Assembly (NCBI GenBank): GCA_026415215.1
Contig: JAOAHN010000122.1
Span: 11,954 to 75,953, forward strand
Length of the DNA stretch: 64,000 nucleotides
Reading direction: 5' to 3'
DNA from: Candidatus Hydrogenedentota bacterium
GTDB taxonomy: Bacteria > Hydrogenedentota > Hydrogenedentia > Hydrogenedentales > Hydrogenedentaceae
Each line of letters begins with the position of its first letter. Within the stretch, counting starts at the first letter, position 1. The notes under the pieces were generated by a model. It was not told where the DNA came from. It saw only the letters and a list, made by a program, of their open reading frames with translations, and made no database searches. The position numbers were made by a program, and so were the translations under genes. Below are positions 33,711-43,086 of the stretch, one piece after another.

Positions 33711-33763
33711 AGGAAGGATATTTGTTCTAAAGAATTAACTTTTATCAGCATGAGGAACAAACA

Positions 33764-36238
33764 ATGAAAAGGTGTTTTTTCTTATTTTTTACCTCAATAG
33801 CTCTTTCTACTATGAGTTTCTCCGAACATTGGGGAAATGCAGAGGAATCATTAGATTTACCTCTTACACTTATTCAAGAGGGGAAACAACTTTCTTCGAA
33901 AGTTGTCAAAGCAAGCTGTAAGTTAAAAGGTTTAGCTTTTTATGATTACGGTGATATATTAGAATTTGTTTTCCCCACCTCTAAGGGGCTTAGACAAGAT
34001 TTTCTTGTTTTGGGGAGAATAAGTTCTTACGGCGAAGACTATGTCAAATTGAGAGTAAGGTTAAGATACGACTTTCAGATTCTCCATGTATCTGAAAAAG
34101 AAGTAGTTATAAGACATGTTCTTAGTGATAAGAAAATCGTTTATGCAGGGCTTAGAGTTTTTGATAGCTATGGTAATGTTTTGCCTTCTTTTTTTGTGGG
34201 GGAAAAGGATAATAGTGCCTCCTTATTGGTAAAGGATCTCAATGCCAAGTATCCAATTTACATTGATCCTACTTATTTAGATGAAGACTGGGAAAGCATA
34301 AGTCCTAATTTTACAAATGGAGTTATTAATTGTGTTGATTGTACTGATAGTGGGGTAATTTATGCAGGTGGAGCTTTTACTTTGATAAATAATGTTTCTG
34401 CTAATAGAATTGCAAAGTACTATAATTCTCAATGGCAACCCATGGGACAAGGGTTTAATAACACAGTTTATGCAGTTTTAGTATTAAATAATGTGCAAGT
34501 GTGTGCAGGAGGAGCTTTTACTAATTCTGGTGGTAATTCACGAAACAGAATTTCTTTATGGAACGGTTATGCATGGACAGCTATGGACACAGGATTTAAT
34601 GAGAAAGTATATGCATTAGCTAAAAGTGTAGACGGAAAGATATTTGCAGGGGGATCTTTTACAAGGTCTGGAAATGGTGCTAAGAATTTAAACCACATAG
34701 CTTTTTGGAATGGTTCATATTGGGATGAACCTTCTTTGGGAGTAGGAGGCCAATCCGATTATGTCCTAGCGCTTTCTGCAGATAGTATAGGAAATATATA
34801 TGTAGGCGGTAAATTTCAGTATGCTGGTGGGGTAAGTGCTTCGAACATAGCTCGATGGAATATCAATACATCTACTTGGCATCGGTTATCAAATGGTGTG
34901 AATGGAATTGTAAATGCATTAGCGGTAGATTCTCAGAATAGGCTATATGTAGGAGGTGAGTTTACCTCTGCGGGAGGTAATCCTGCTTATAGAGTCGCGG
35001 TGTGGAATGGAACATCCTGGTCTTCTTTGGGGACAGGTGTAGATGGTGCAGTTTATGCTTTGGAAGTTAGTAATGAGTTCACACTTTTTGTTGGAGGTGG
35101 CTTTAACTACACAGGTGGAGGGATAGGTCCAAATCACCTCGGTTGGTGGCATAGAGGTCAGTGGAATCCAATTACCTCAGGGATTCAAGGCAGTAGTTTT
35201 TCAATCAGGGGATTATCTTTGGACAGTGGTTCAAATTTATATGTTGCAGGTAGTTTCTATGGGGCAGGGGGTATTGAGAGTTATAACATTGCTAAACTAA
35301 GGAAACCTCCTTTATTTGAAATTAGGTATATTTCAGGAGGGGGTGGAATTATTTTAGGACAGCCAGTTCAACAGGTAATGAGGGGAGATAATGGAACTGA
35401 GGTAGTTGCCCAACCCCTTGTTGGTTTTCAATTCGACAGATGGTCAGATGGTTTAACTTCCCCTTCGAGAATAGATACAAACATAACCTCTAATGTACAG
35501 TTAACCGCATATTTTCTGCCAGTTGGGGAAGGTGTTAATGAAGGGAGTGAAGATGGCACACCTGAAGGGCTTGGAGAGGGGGAACCTGATGGTATCGGAG
35601 AGGGTATAGTTGAAGGTGAGGGAATCAGCGAAGGAGTTTACGAGGGCGAAGGTGAAAATGAGGGGATTATAGATGGCGAATTAGAAGGTTCTTTGGATGG
35701 GATTGTCGAGGGTTTGTTTGAAGGCACTGAAGAAGGTCAAATAGAAGGAGTGATAGAAGGGTCTGAAGAGGGATCGGGGGGAATTGAGGGTGAGGGTGGA
35801 GAAGGAGTACCGAATGAGGGAGAGTTAGAGGGGAGTATAGAGGGGGAAAATCACCTTGTAGTTTGGATTGATGCTCCAAGTATATTAGACAAAAGAGTCG
35901 GTGAAAGCCTATCGTTATTAGCGAGAACTTCAGGTGGAATAGGAGACATATCTTTTCAGTGGTATTATAAAGATACCAATAATGTCGTATATAGGTTAGA
36001 TAATCAAATTCAACCCCTTTTATATATTGAAAACCTCGAGTTAGAGGACACCGGTTACTATTGGTGTGAAGTTTCGGATACTTTTTCGGTAGTCCCCAGT
36101 AATGAAATATATGTGAGGGTAAGTGTAGGCTTAGAAACAATTACTGTTTTCTCTGTTATAATTTTAGCATCCGCGATATTGTATTTATTTGCCTTGGTTA
36201 TTGATAACCACTCTAAAAGAGGAGAACATCATGTATGA
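33764..36238 (+). CDS. Cell-surface protein: beta-propeller repeats, acidic EG linker, Ig-like domain, C-terminal TM
   Basis: Signal peptide; YPIYIDP; repeats of V-x-AL...LYVGG-x-F...IA-x-W-NG; FQWY...DTGYYWCEVS; terminal hydrophobic helix. Confidence 0.8.
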   Translation: MKRCFFLFFTSIALSTMSFSEHWGNAEESLDLPLTLIQEGKQLSSKVVKASCKLKGLAFYDYGDILEFVFPTSKGLRQDFLVLGRISSYGEDYVKLRVRLRYDFQILHVSEKEVVIRHVLSDKKIVYAGLRVFDSYGNVLPSFFVGEKDNSASLLVKDLNAKYPIYIDPTYLDEDWESISPNFTNGVINCVDCTDSGVIYAGGAFTLINNVSANRIAKYYNSQWQPMGQGFNNTVYAVLVLNNVQVCAGGAFTNSGGNSRNRISLWNGYAWTAMDTGFNEKVYALAKSVDGKIFAGGSFTRSGNGAKNLNHIAFWNGSYWDEPSLGVGGQSDYVLALSADSIGNIYVGGKFQYAGGVSASNIARWNINTSTWHRLSNGVNGIVNALAVDSQNRLYVGGEFTSAGGNPAYRVAVWNGTSWSSLGTGVDGAVYALEVSNEFTLFVGGGFNYTGGGIGPNHLGWWHRGQWNPITSGIQGSSFSIRGLSLDSGSNLYVAGSFYGAGGIESYNIAKLRKPPLFEIRYISGGGGIILGQPVQQVMRGDNGTEVVAQPLVGFQFDRWSDGLTSPSRIDTNITSNVQLTAYFLPVGEGVNEGSEDGTPEGLGEGEPDGIGEGIVEGEGISEGVYEGEGENEGIIDGELEGSLDGIVEGLFEGTEEGQIEGVIEGSEEGSGGIEGEGGEGVPNEGELEGSIEGENHLVVWIDAPSILDKRVGESLSLLARTSGGIGDISFQWYYKDTNNVVYRLDNQIQPLLYIENLELEDTGYYWCEVSDTFSVVPSNEIYVRVSVGLETITVFSVIILASAILYLFALVIDNHSKRGEHHV
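35526..35848 (+). repeat. Low-complexity (x-x-E/D-G)n coding repeat
   Basis: About 108 aa such as GEGVNEGSEDGTPEGLGEGEPDG...ELEGSIEGE, mostly with a 4-residue period. Confidence 0.85.
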
Positions 36239-38634
36239 GATATATATGTTGTTTTACTCTAATACTCTCCTATATATTATTGATAAATCTAAGGACATTC
36301 TCCGAGAATCTTTCTATAAATGATTTTGAAGCTATACTTATAGAAGACAATCATTTTCCACTCGAGCCTCAAAATACTGCTCTTAAGGTTTTGGTTGAAG
36401 AAATTGAACGGAGAACCGCAGTAAAGATTAAGGTCTCAAATAGGTTAAAAGAAGGAGGAATTATAGTTCTATCAACTTGGCGAAAGATTAAGGAAGTTAC
36501 AAAAGGAAAAAAATATGGAGCTATAAGAGAATTTAAACCGGAGGAACATGGAAGATTTTCCGATGAAGGATACATTCTTTTTGTTGATAAATCCGGTGAC
36601 AGGTTGCCAATTCTCTGGATAATCGGCTATGACCATCGCGGTATTCTCTTTGGGGTTGGCAAATTGTTACGGATAGCAGAGTTTTGCGATGGTAAAGTAA
36701 GCATTCCTCATAAATTGTGTCTCGTCTCTTCACCTATTTCGCCCATTAGAGGACATCAGTTGGGTTATCGAGCAAGAGCAAATTCGTATGACGCTTGGGA
36801 TGTCCCGCAATATGAAAAATATATTAGAGAACTTGCATTTTTTGGAAATAATAGTGTTGAGAATATCCCTTTCCAAGATGAACAGTTCTCTCCTCATATG
36901 AAAGTTCCTCGCAGGGAAATGAATAAGGCGATAAGCCAAATATGTAAGATTTATGGTTTGGATTATTGGGTCTGGGTTCCTGCAGATTTCGATTTAAGGG
37001 ATAGCGAGAAACGAGAGAATATGTTAAGACTGCACAAGGAACTGTATTCAGATTGTCCGGAAATTACAGGGGTATTTTTCCCGGGAGGAGACCCAGGAGA
37101 TAATCCTCCGGAACTCGTAATACCTTTTTTGGAAGACCTTTCTCGGATTCTCTTGCCTATACATCCCAAAGCCAGTATATGGCTTTCGCTACAAGGTTTT
37201 TCACCCTCTCAGTCTAAGTATGTTTTTGATTATTTGAGAAGAGAGAGACCGAAATGGTTTGGAGGAATATGTGAGGGTCCTTCAAGTCCACCTATTGCAT
37301 ATTTAAGAAAAGAACTTCCAGATGAATATAGATTAAGAATGTATCCTGATATTACTCATAATAAGCTTTGTCAGTATCCTGTTCCATGGTGGGATTTAGC
37401 CTTTGCTCTAACTCATGGGAGAGAAGGAATTAACCCGCGGCCAGTTCAGTATGCTTATATACATAATTGGTTTCAACCATATTGTGATGGATTCATCACA
37501 TATTCTGATGGTATTCACGATGATGTAAATAAAGTTGTCTGGAGTGCTTCAGGGTGGGACCCTTCTCAAAATGTGAGGGAAATTTTATATGAGTATTGTA
37601 ATGTATTTTTCGGCACTGGCATTGCTGAGCTTGCAGTTGAGGGAATCTTAGCTTTGGAGAAAAATTGGCGAGGTCCCGCAATTGATAATGGTTCAATCGA
37701 AGGGACTCTTTTGATTTGGCAAAAGTTGGAAGAGATGGCACCTAAACTTAAGGATAATTGGAGATGGCAATTATGTCTCGTCCGAGCATATTATGATGCG
37801 TATGTGAGGCGTCGATTAGTTTATGAGACAAAACTTGAAGGGGAGGCTTCGGAGATTCTAATTAATGCCAAAGAGTTTGGTTCTGAAAGAGCCATTGATA
37901 TGGCTAATGGGATACTACTTCGTGCTATAACCGAACCCGTAGCTCCAGATTTGAGAAAGAAAATAGAAAAGCTGTTTGATGATTTATTTAAAAGCATTGG
38001 CCTTCAGTCAAGTGTGGAGAAATATGGTGCCAGTGGAGGAGAGAGGGGAGCATCACTTGACTACCTTGATATACCTCTAAATAATAGGTGGTGGTTGGAG
38101 GATGAATTTGTGAAGATTTCTAATCTTCATAGAGAGGAAGAAAAATTAAAGCGGTTGTGTGAACTTGGAAAATGGGAGAAACCTGGATATGGTTCGTTTT
38201 ACGATGATGTAGGAAATACAGCAAAATCTCCCCGGATAAAGAGATGTGAAGCTCCAGTTACCAATCCAGCTGAGGAGGCATGGCCTGAGCCTACTCTTTG
38301 GTGGTTTGAAGAGGGTAAAAGTAGAAAGAGATTATCGTGGCTTTCCTCCCTTGAAGAAGGAGAGGCTTTGTATCAGGGATTAAACCCTGACAAAGCCTAT
38401 AGAGTTAGTTTCACTGGATACGGTATTCCACAAATTTTTGTTGATGGGGAAAAGGTTTCAAAAGAAGACGAGAAAATTTTAGAATTGGGGGAGGTACGGT
38501 CTTATGCCATCCCTCAGGAAGCGGTTGAAGATAGAGAGATAGTTTTGAAATGGAGATTGCACCCTTCAGACTTTAGGAAAAACTGGAGGCAAAGGTCAAG
38601 AATTTGCGAAATATGGCTAATTTGTGAGAACTAA
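36235..38634 (+). CDS. Exported hypothetical protein, possible glycoside hydrolase (GH20/GH67-like N-domain)
   Basis: DEGYIL...IIGYDHRGILFGVGKLLR...PISPIRG resembles the N-terminal module of hexosaminidases and glucuronidases. The catalytic family is not recognised. Confidence 0.55.
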   Translation: MRYICCFTLILSYILLINLRTFSENLSINDFEAILIEDNHFPLEPQNTALKVLVEEIERRTAVKIKVSNRLKEGGIIVLSTWRKIKEVTKGKKYGAIREFKPEEHGRFSDEGYILFVDKSGDRLPILWIIGYDHRGILFGVGKLLRIAEFCDGKVSIPHKLCLVSSPISPIRGHQLGYRARANSYDAWDVPQYEKYIRELAFFGNNSVENIPFQDEQFSPHMKVPRREMNKAISQICKIYGLDYWVWVPADFDLRDSEKRENMLRLHKELYSDCPEITGVFFPGGDPGDNPPELVIPFLEDLSRILLPIHPKASIWLSLQGFSPSQSKYVFDYLRRERPKWFGGICEGPSSPPIAYLRKELPDEYRLRMYPDITHNKLCQYPVPWWDLAFALTHGREGINPRPVQYAYIHNWFQPYCDGFITYSDGIHDDVNKVVWSASGWDPSQNVREILYEYCNVFFGTGIAELAVEGILALEKNWRGPAIDNGSIEGTLLIWQKLEEMAPKLKDNWRWQLCLVRAYYDAYVRRRLVYETKLEGEASEILINAKEFGSERAIDMANGILLRAITEPVAPDLRKKIEKLFDDLFKSIGLQSSVEKYGASGGERGASLDYLDIPLNNRWWLEDEFVKISNLHREEEKLKRLCELGKWEKPGYGSFYDDVGNTAKSPRIKRCEAPVTNPAEEAWPEPTLWWFEEGKSRKRLSWLSSLEEGEALYQGLNPDKAYRVSFTGYGIPQIFVDGEKVSKEDEKILELGEVRSYAIPQEAVEDREIVLKWRLHPSDFRKNWRQRSRICEIWLICEN

Positions 38635-38692
38635 TTATCTCGTTTTGGTATTATAAAAATGTAGTTAAGCAAGGATGAAGAGGTGTAAGTTT

Positions 38693-38836
38693 ATGTTTGA
38701 TATAAGAGATAATACTTTCGAGAAACAGATTGATTCCGATTACACTCAGGAAATATATATTACTCCTTTTACAATAGTTATGTGGTTGATTGGATTCTTC
38801 ATAATTCTCCTTGCTTCACTTGAGCAAATCTTTTAG
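38693..38836 (+). CDS. 47-aa single-TM small protein (not in ORF track)
   Basis: MFDIRDNTFEKQIDSDYTQEIYITPFTIVMWLIGFFIILLASLEQIF; GAGGTG SD at 38680-38685. Confidence 0.5.
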   Translation: MFDIRDNTFEKQIDSDYTQEIYITPFTIVMWLIGFFIILLASLEQIF

Positions 38837-38998
38837 TATCTTTCCTCTACCTCCCTCCTTATTATTTATATCCTAATCCGTTGCTTGTATTGTAAACATA
38901 AGTTTTTGTTATGTTTGTTTCTTTTGATTGTAAGTTTTGCTGAGTTTCAATATTTAGTTAAATTGATATTTAACTTTATACATAAGGAGAGAAGTACT

Positions 38999-40309
38999 TT
39001 GAAGAAAAGATTGTTGTATGTAGATTTCTTTCGCGGATTTTTTATAGTTTATATAATTTGGCTTCACGCCTTTAATGCTGTGGTTTATAACAATGATCCC
39101 CAATCTATCGATAACGCAAATCCGTGGATTTTTGTGATACTCGCTCCACTTGTAATTATGGCTACTTGGGCTCCCATTTTTGTTTTTCTTTCCGGCACAG
39201 CTCATGCCTACTCAATGCATCAGACCTTGCTTAATTATAATAGGATAAGAAGCATCACCCCTGAGCTGAACAAATCGTTATTGGGAGGTTTAGTTAATTC
39301 ATTCTTACTGATATTTTATTCTTTTATTAATATGACATTCTTTCACCATAGAATGCCTTTCAACGGCAGATTTTATGAGACTTTAATTACTGGATACATT
39401 TGGAAGGGAGCTTTTCCTGATTTTTCAATAGATATTCTCTTCTACACAGATGCACTTGGAAACATTGGTATTAGTCTTTTCTTTTTGCATATAACATTGT
39501 ATGCACTTTGGCGTTCAGGGGAATTGTTTGATAGGAGATATACCTTTCGGGTATTGTCCGGAATAGGGTTCACATTGCTATTCATTTCCCCTGTGATCCA
39601 CAATTCACTGGACCCAATTTTTTATCAGTCTATTCAAGACAAAAATTGGGTAGTATCATGGGTCCTAAAGTTTCTTTTAGCACCTTTACCTAATATGGCT
39701 TATGGTTATCTTGGGGCAGTTTTTGGTATAGCACTATCGGAGAGAGTAGAACTCCATAAGATTAAGTGGTATGGATACAGCGTTGGAGGAGTGTTGGTAT
39801 TTATAGCCTGTGCAATTATAAATTCGGAAGGACTTGCTCCTTCAGAGTTTGCTAACTCTCCGTTGCCAATTAAAATCCAAATTCTGGATGCGGGTTTGAT
39901 AGTAATCTTAACCACCTTGTTTATTTCCCTGATGGAATATACAACAGAGGAGAAAAGAAAATGGTGGGCGGAGCACACCATATTTTTTAGAAGAATTAGT
40001 ATGGTGGCTTTGACAATCTTTATTTTGGAAGGACCAGTTGCAGTAACTTTAGGAAGATTGTATCTACTAATAATTGGTTCCCCATCAGAATTTCCTAAAA
40101 ATCCGTTGTACATAATTCCGTTCATTATGCTTGTTCTTTTGTTTTGGTATTTTGTGGCCAAGTTATGGGAAAAAATAGGATTTAAGTATGGTGCAGAGTG
40201 GCTCTCAGTTCAGATAGTGGGTTGGTTTAGGAATAGAAAGTCTTTGAGATTAGACCCTGCTTATGCTCTTTATCATAGGTCAAAGTATGCATCCATAAGA
40301 GAAGAGTGA
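38999..40309 (+). CDS. Polytopic membrane protein, acyltransferase-like (DUF1624/DUF418-like)
   Basis: RLLYVDFFRG at the start, about 10 TM segments and a C-terminal MVALTIFI...YGAEW pattern. TTG 38999 follows AAGGAG. Confidence 0.6.
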   Translation: MKKRLLYVDFFRGFFIVYIIWLHAFNAVVYNNDPQSIDNANPWIFVILAPLVIMATWAPIFVFLSGTAHAYSMHQTLLNYNRIRSITPELNKSLLGGLVNSFLLIFYSFINMTFFHHRMPFNGRFYETLITGYIWKGAFPDFSIDILFYTDALGNIGISLFFLHITLYALWRSGELFDRRYTFRVLSGIGFTLLFISPVIHNSLDPIFYQSIQDKNWVVSWVLKFLLAPLPNMAYGYLGAVFGIALSERVELHKIKWYGYSVGGVLVFIACAIINSEGLAPSEFANSPLPIKIQILDAGLIVILTTLFISLMEYTTEEKRKWWAEHTIFFRRISMVALTIFILEGPVAVTLGRLYLLIIGSPSEFPKNPLYIIPFIMLVLLFWYFVAKLWEKIGFKYGAEWLSVQIVGWFRNRKSLRLDPAYALYHRSKYASIREE

Positions 40310-40343
40310 AAGACTATTAAATAAGATTTTTGAAAGAAAATTT

Positions 40344-41177
40344 CTATTTCGTTTTATTCCTGAGAAAAGAAGAAAGTTTAGAAGGGAAATCTGTATTAAT
40401 CAAGTCAACCCCCTCTGAGTATAGTATTTCCCAAGCTGTTTCTGTTTGTGGTGCTGACCAAAATCTTAATTTCCTACCTTGCTCGTGGGCCTTTTTCACA
40501 AGTTCTCTCAATTTCTTAATTTCCTCGGAAGGGATTTCTCCAACTCCAAGCCAGCTGAAGACAGATAGCCAGGAAGCACTAACCCAAGGCACGAGTGTAT
40601 TAGGTGGGTTACTTTCTAAATCATTCAGCCTTCCATCTATAAATACTAACCTTGTATTTTCTTTAGTAATGGTTTCACGAGGAACACTACCCGATATCAC
40701 TATTGTAACCCCACCTTTTATTAAATTCCTCTCGACTACTTTTGTTAAGTATTTTTCATAGGGCTTCAAATATTCTTTGAGTAGAGAATATGTTTCTTCA
40801 GGATTGTTTTTAATATCTATCAGAAGATAGAAATCTGTAGGTACCCTAAATACATAACCATTATTTTTTTCGACCTGTTCAAATAGCGGGATAAGATACA
40901 TACTTTTCAGATTCTTTTCGGGTTTACAATTTTCAAGGTCGTGGCATACTAAAAGATCTCCCTCCACGAGATGGACATCTGCTTCTACACTACAAAAGCC
41001 TGCATTCAGTGCATCGAATAGAGGTTTTTCCCGTATGTAGTCATTGTGAGAGTGAGCTCTTGATAGGGGGATAATGTCTTCCTCTGCACCCGCTGGAAAT
41101 GTGGAGAGGTATGTAACTATTCCTATGATAAGAAAAATTAGAAAATTATTTAGTAAGCATTGTGACTTATAAAACAT
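40344..41177 (-). CDS. Exported PLC/GDPD-like phosphodiesterase
   Basis: AHSHNDY, SVEADV, LLIDIK and GVDLINTD. Confidence 0.8.
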   Translation of the reverse strand: MFYKSQCLLNNFLIFLIIGIVTYLSTFPAGAEEDIIPLSRAHSHNDYIREKPLFDALNAGFCSVEADVHLVEGDLLVCHDLENCKPEKNLKSMYLIPLFEQVEKNNGYVFRVPTDFYLLIDIKNNPEETYSLLKEYLKPYEKYLTKVVERNLIKGGVTIVISGSVPRETITKENTRLVFIDGRLNDLESNPPNTLVPWVSASWLSVFSWLGVGEIPSEEIKKLRELVKKAHEQGRKLRFWSAPQTETAWEILYSEGVDLINTDFPSKLSSFLRNKTK

Positions 41178-41181
41178 AAGA

Positions 41182-41652
41182 CTACATTTTTTCTAATTCT
41201 GAAGAAGTTGGCAGAGTATAAGGAGTAACCATGGCACTCGCGATGGCGTGGACCTTTTCTCTGTAGTCGAATACTTTAGCGTTTAGAAATAACATCTTTC
41301 TGCTTTTTGCGCCGATATATGTCTCTACGGTTAAAGCGGAAGAGTTCGCAGGCACTGGATTTATTAATGAGAACTCAGTATGAATAGGAATGCAAGGTTT
41401 TTTTGCAAGAGAGTATGCAAAACAATAGAACGCCTCAGTGAGAGCCATGTATAAATAGCCTGGACTTATAAACCCCAAACTATCTTGGTATTTAGGGTTG
41501 CAAGGAAGGATAAAGTTCATACTTTTCCCTGCCTGTATCCCACTGATACTCATTTTGAGCTCAGTGAAACAAGTAGAGGGCCATGATACCTTTATTCCCT
41601 CTACTTTGTATTGTGACAAGGTAGTAAAAAACTGTTCTGTAAAACTATCCAC
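41182..41652 (-). CDS. Hotdog-fold (PaaI-like thioesterase) protein
   Basis: YQDSLGFISPG resembles the PaaI NxxGxxHGG loop; the size and beta pattern fit; GTG start. Confidence 0.6.
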   Translation of the reverse strand: MDSFTEQFFTTLSQYKVEGIKVSWPSTCFTELKMSISGIQAGKSMNFILPCNPKYQDSLGFISPGYLYMALTEAFYCFAYSLAKKPCIPIHTEFSLINPVPANSSALTVETYIGAKSRKMLFLNAKVFDYREKVHAIASAMVTPYTLPTSSELEKM

Positions 41653-41688
41653 ATCTCATCTCCCAATTTTAATTTTAGAGATGAGATG

Positions 41689-41717
41689 ATTATAAAAAAT
41701 ATAGAAACAGATGTCAA
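41689..41717 (-). promoter_or_regulatory. Internal sigma70 promoter before the hotdog gene
   Basis: Perfect TTGACA-N17-TATAAT on the minus strand. Confidence 0.75.
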
Positions 41718-41724
41718 GTATTTT

Positions 41725-42984
41725 TCATTGCTTATACTTTGGTGCTTGAAGTTGTTCGTAGACAGGTAACTCTCCTATGAGGGGCTTTAAATATTCTATA
41801 TAGGCCGGAGTTATGTCATTTCCTTCAGAATTGATATAAATATCTTCCATGTATCGAGTTTGCCCACCAATTTTCTCAAGCTTTTCCTCTAAAACGTACT
41901 CAACCGCATAGTTTGCTATTCTTTTTATAGTAACTGACCCAGTTTTTCCCAGTCCCACAGCGAATTGCACTGCTTTTTCTCCAACTTCTCTTGCTTCTCT
42001 TTGGTCTACTTCGCTTACGCAACCGAGGAAGCTTCTCTGTGGATACCCTAATGTATCTGCGCGTGCCCTTAATTTAGAGCCACCAGATGTTTTAATTTTC
42101 AGCTTGATGTACTTTTCAATAATCGTGTCACCCAACGCACCTGTTCCAGATAATTGTTCATGTCCAAATGAGTCTTTCTCTAACTCCTCTTTAATCTTTT
42201 CGAGTAATGTGAGTTTTCTGTCTTCTCCTACTTTTTCTTCGTCTACTGTGATTCCCTCGGAGATTGCGATAATACATCTACCCAATTTTTCGTAAACTTT
42301 CTGTACATCACTTACTATTTTATCTACCGGATTATTTTTAGGAAGAGGTCTCTCAGGTATGTATATTAAGTGTGGGCCATCATCTTCATATTTCCTCCCA
42401 TATGCGGAGGACGCAGTAAGGAATCCGGAGTTTCTTCCCATTACTACAACTAAGTGAATACCTGGTAATGCTTTGTTATCTAAATTGATACCCACGAATG
42501 CTTGCGCTACATACTTCGCCGCAGAAGGAAAGCCTGGACAATGGTCATTTTCCTTCAAGTCGTTGTCAATAGTCTTGGGTACATGAATCAAAGAAATTTC
42601 ATATGCCTCCCCTTTTGCGAATTTATTTATTGTATGACAAGTCTCGGCACTATCATTGCCACCTATATACACAAAATAGCGAATATTATATTTTTTGAAA
42701 ACTTCAAATATTCTTTTGCAGTCATCTTCTTTTGGCTTGTGCCTTGTAGATAGTAGTGCAGATGAGGGAGTCTTTGCTACTGCTTCGAGGTGACCAGAGG
42801 ATAGATTCGTAAGATCCAAGAAAGATTCATCTATTATGCCTTTTACTCCGTGTTTAGCTCCGAAAATTTTTTCTACAGATGAATATTTTCTTGCCTCAGT
42901 TATTACTCCTACGAGACTTTGGTTTATCACTGCGGTGGGTCCTCCACCTTGCGCTACTAATAAATTACCTTTTAGATTACTCAT
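41725..42984 (-). CDS. Phosphofructokinase, probably PPi-dependent
   Basis: AQGGGPTAVIN, GGNDS, PKTIDND, MGR and LGYPQR. Confidence 0.92.
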   Translation of the reverse strand: MSNLKGNLLVAQGGGPTAVINQSLVGVITEARKYSSVEKIFGAKHGVKGIIDESFLDLTNLSSGHLEAVAKTPSSALLSTRHKPKEDDCKRIFEVFKKYNIRYFVYIGGNDSAETCHTINKFAKGEAYEISLIHVPKTIDNDLKENDHCPGFPSAAKYVAQAFVGINLDNKALPGIHLVVVMGRNSGFLTASSAYGRKYEDDGPHLIYIPERPLPKNNPVDKIVSDVQKVYEKLGRCIIAISEGITVDEEKVGEDRKLTLLEKIKEELEKDSFGHEQLSGTGALGDTIIEKYIKLKIKTSGGSKLRARADTLGYPQRSFLGCVSEVDQREAREVGEKAVQFAVGLGKTGSVTIKRIANYAVEYVLEEKLEKIGGQTRYMEDIYINSEGNDITPAYIEYLKPLIGELPVYEQLQAPKYKQ

Positions 42985-43086
42985 CTTCGTTATCCTCCTT
43001 CCAATACAATTATTAGATTTTTAGGTGGGACCAGATTATATTATGCCAATCAGCCAATTTGAATATCAAAATATAGTTTTTCTCTT

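Noticed and set aside
35526..35848. Possible CRISPR or tandem DNA repeat
   Set aside because: The periodicity comes from Glu/Gly codons in an open frame; there are no identical repeats with unique spacers.
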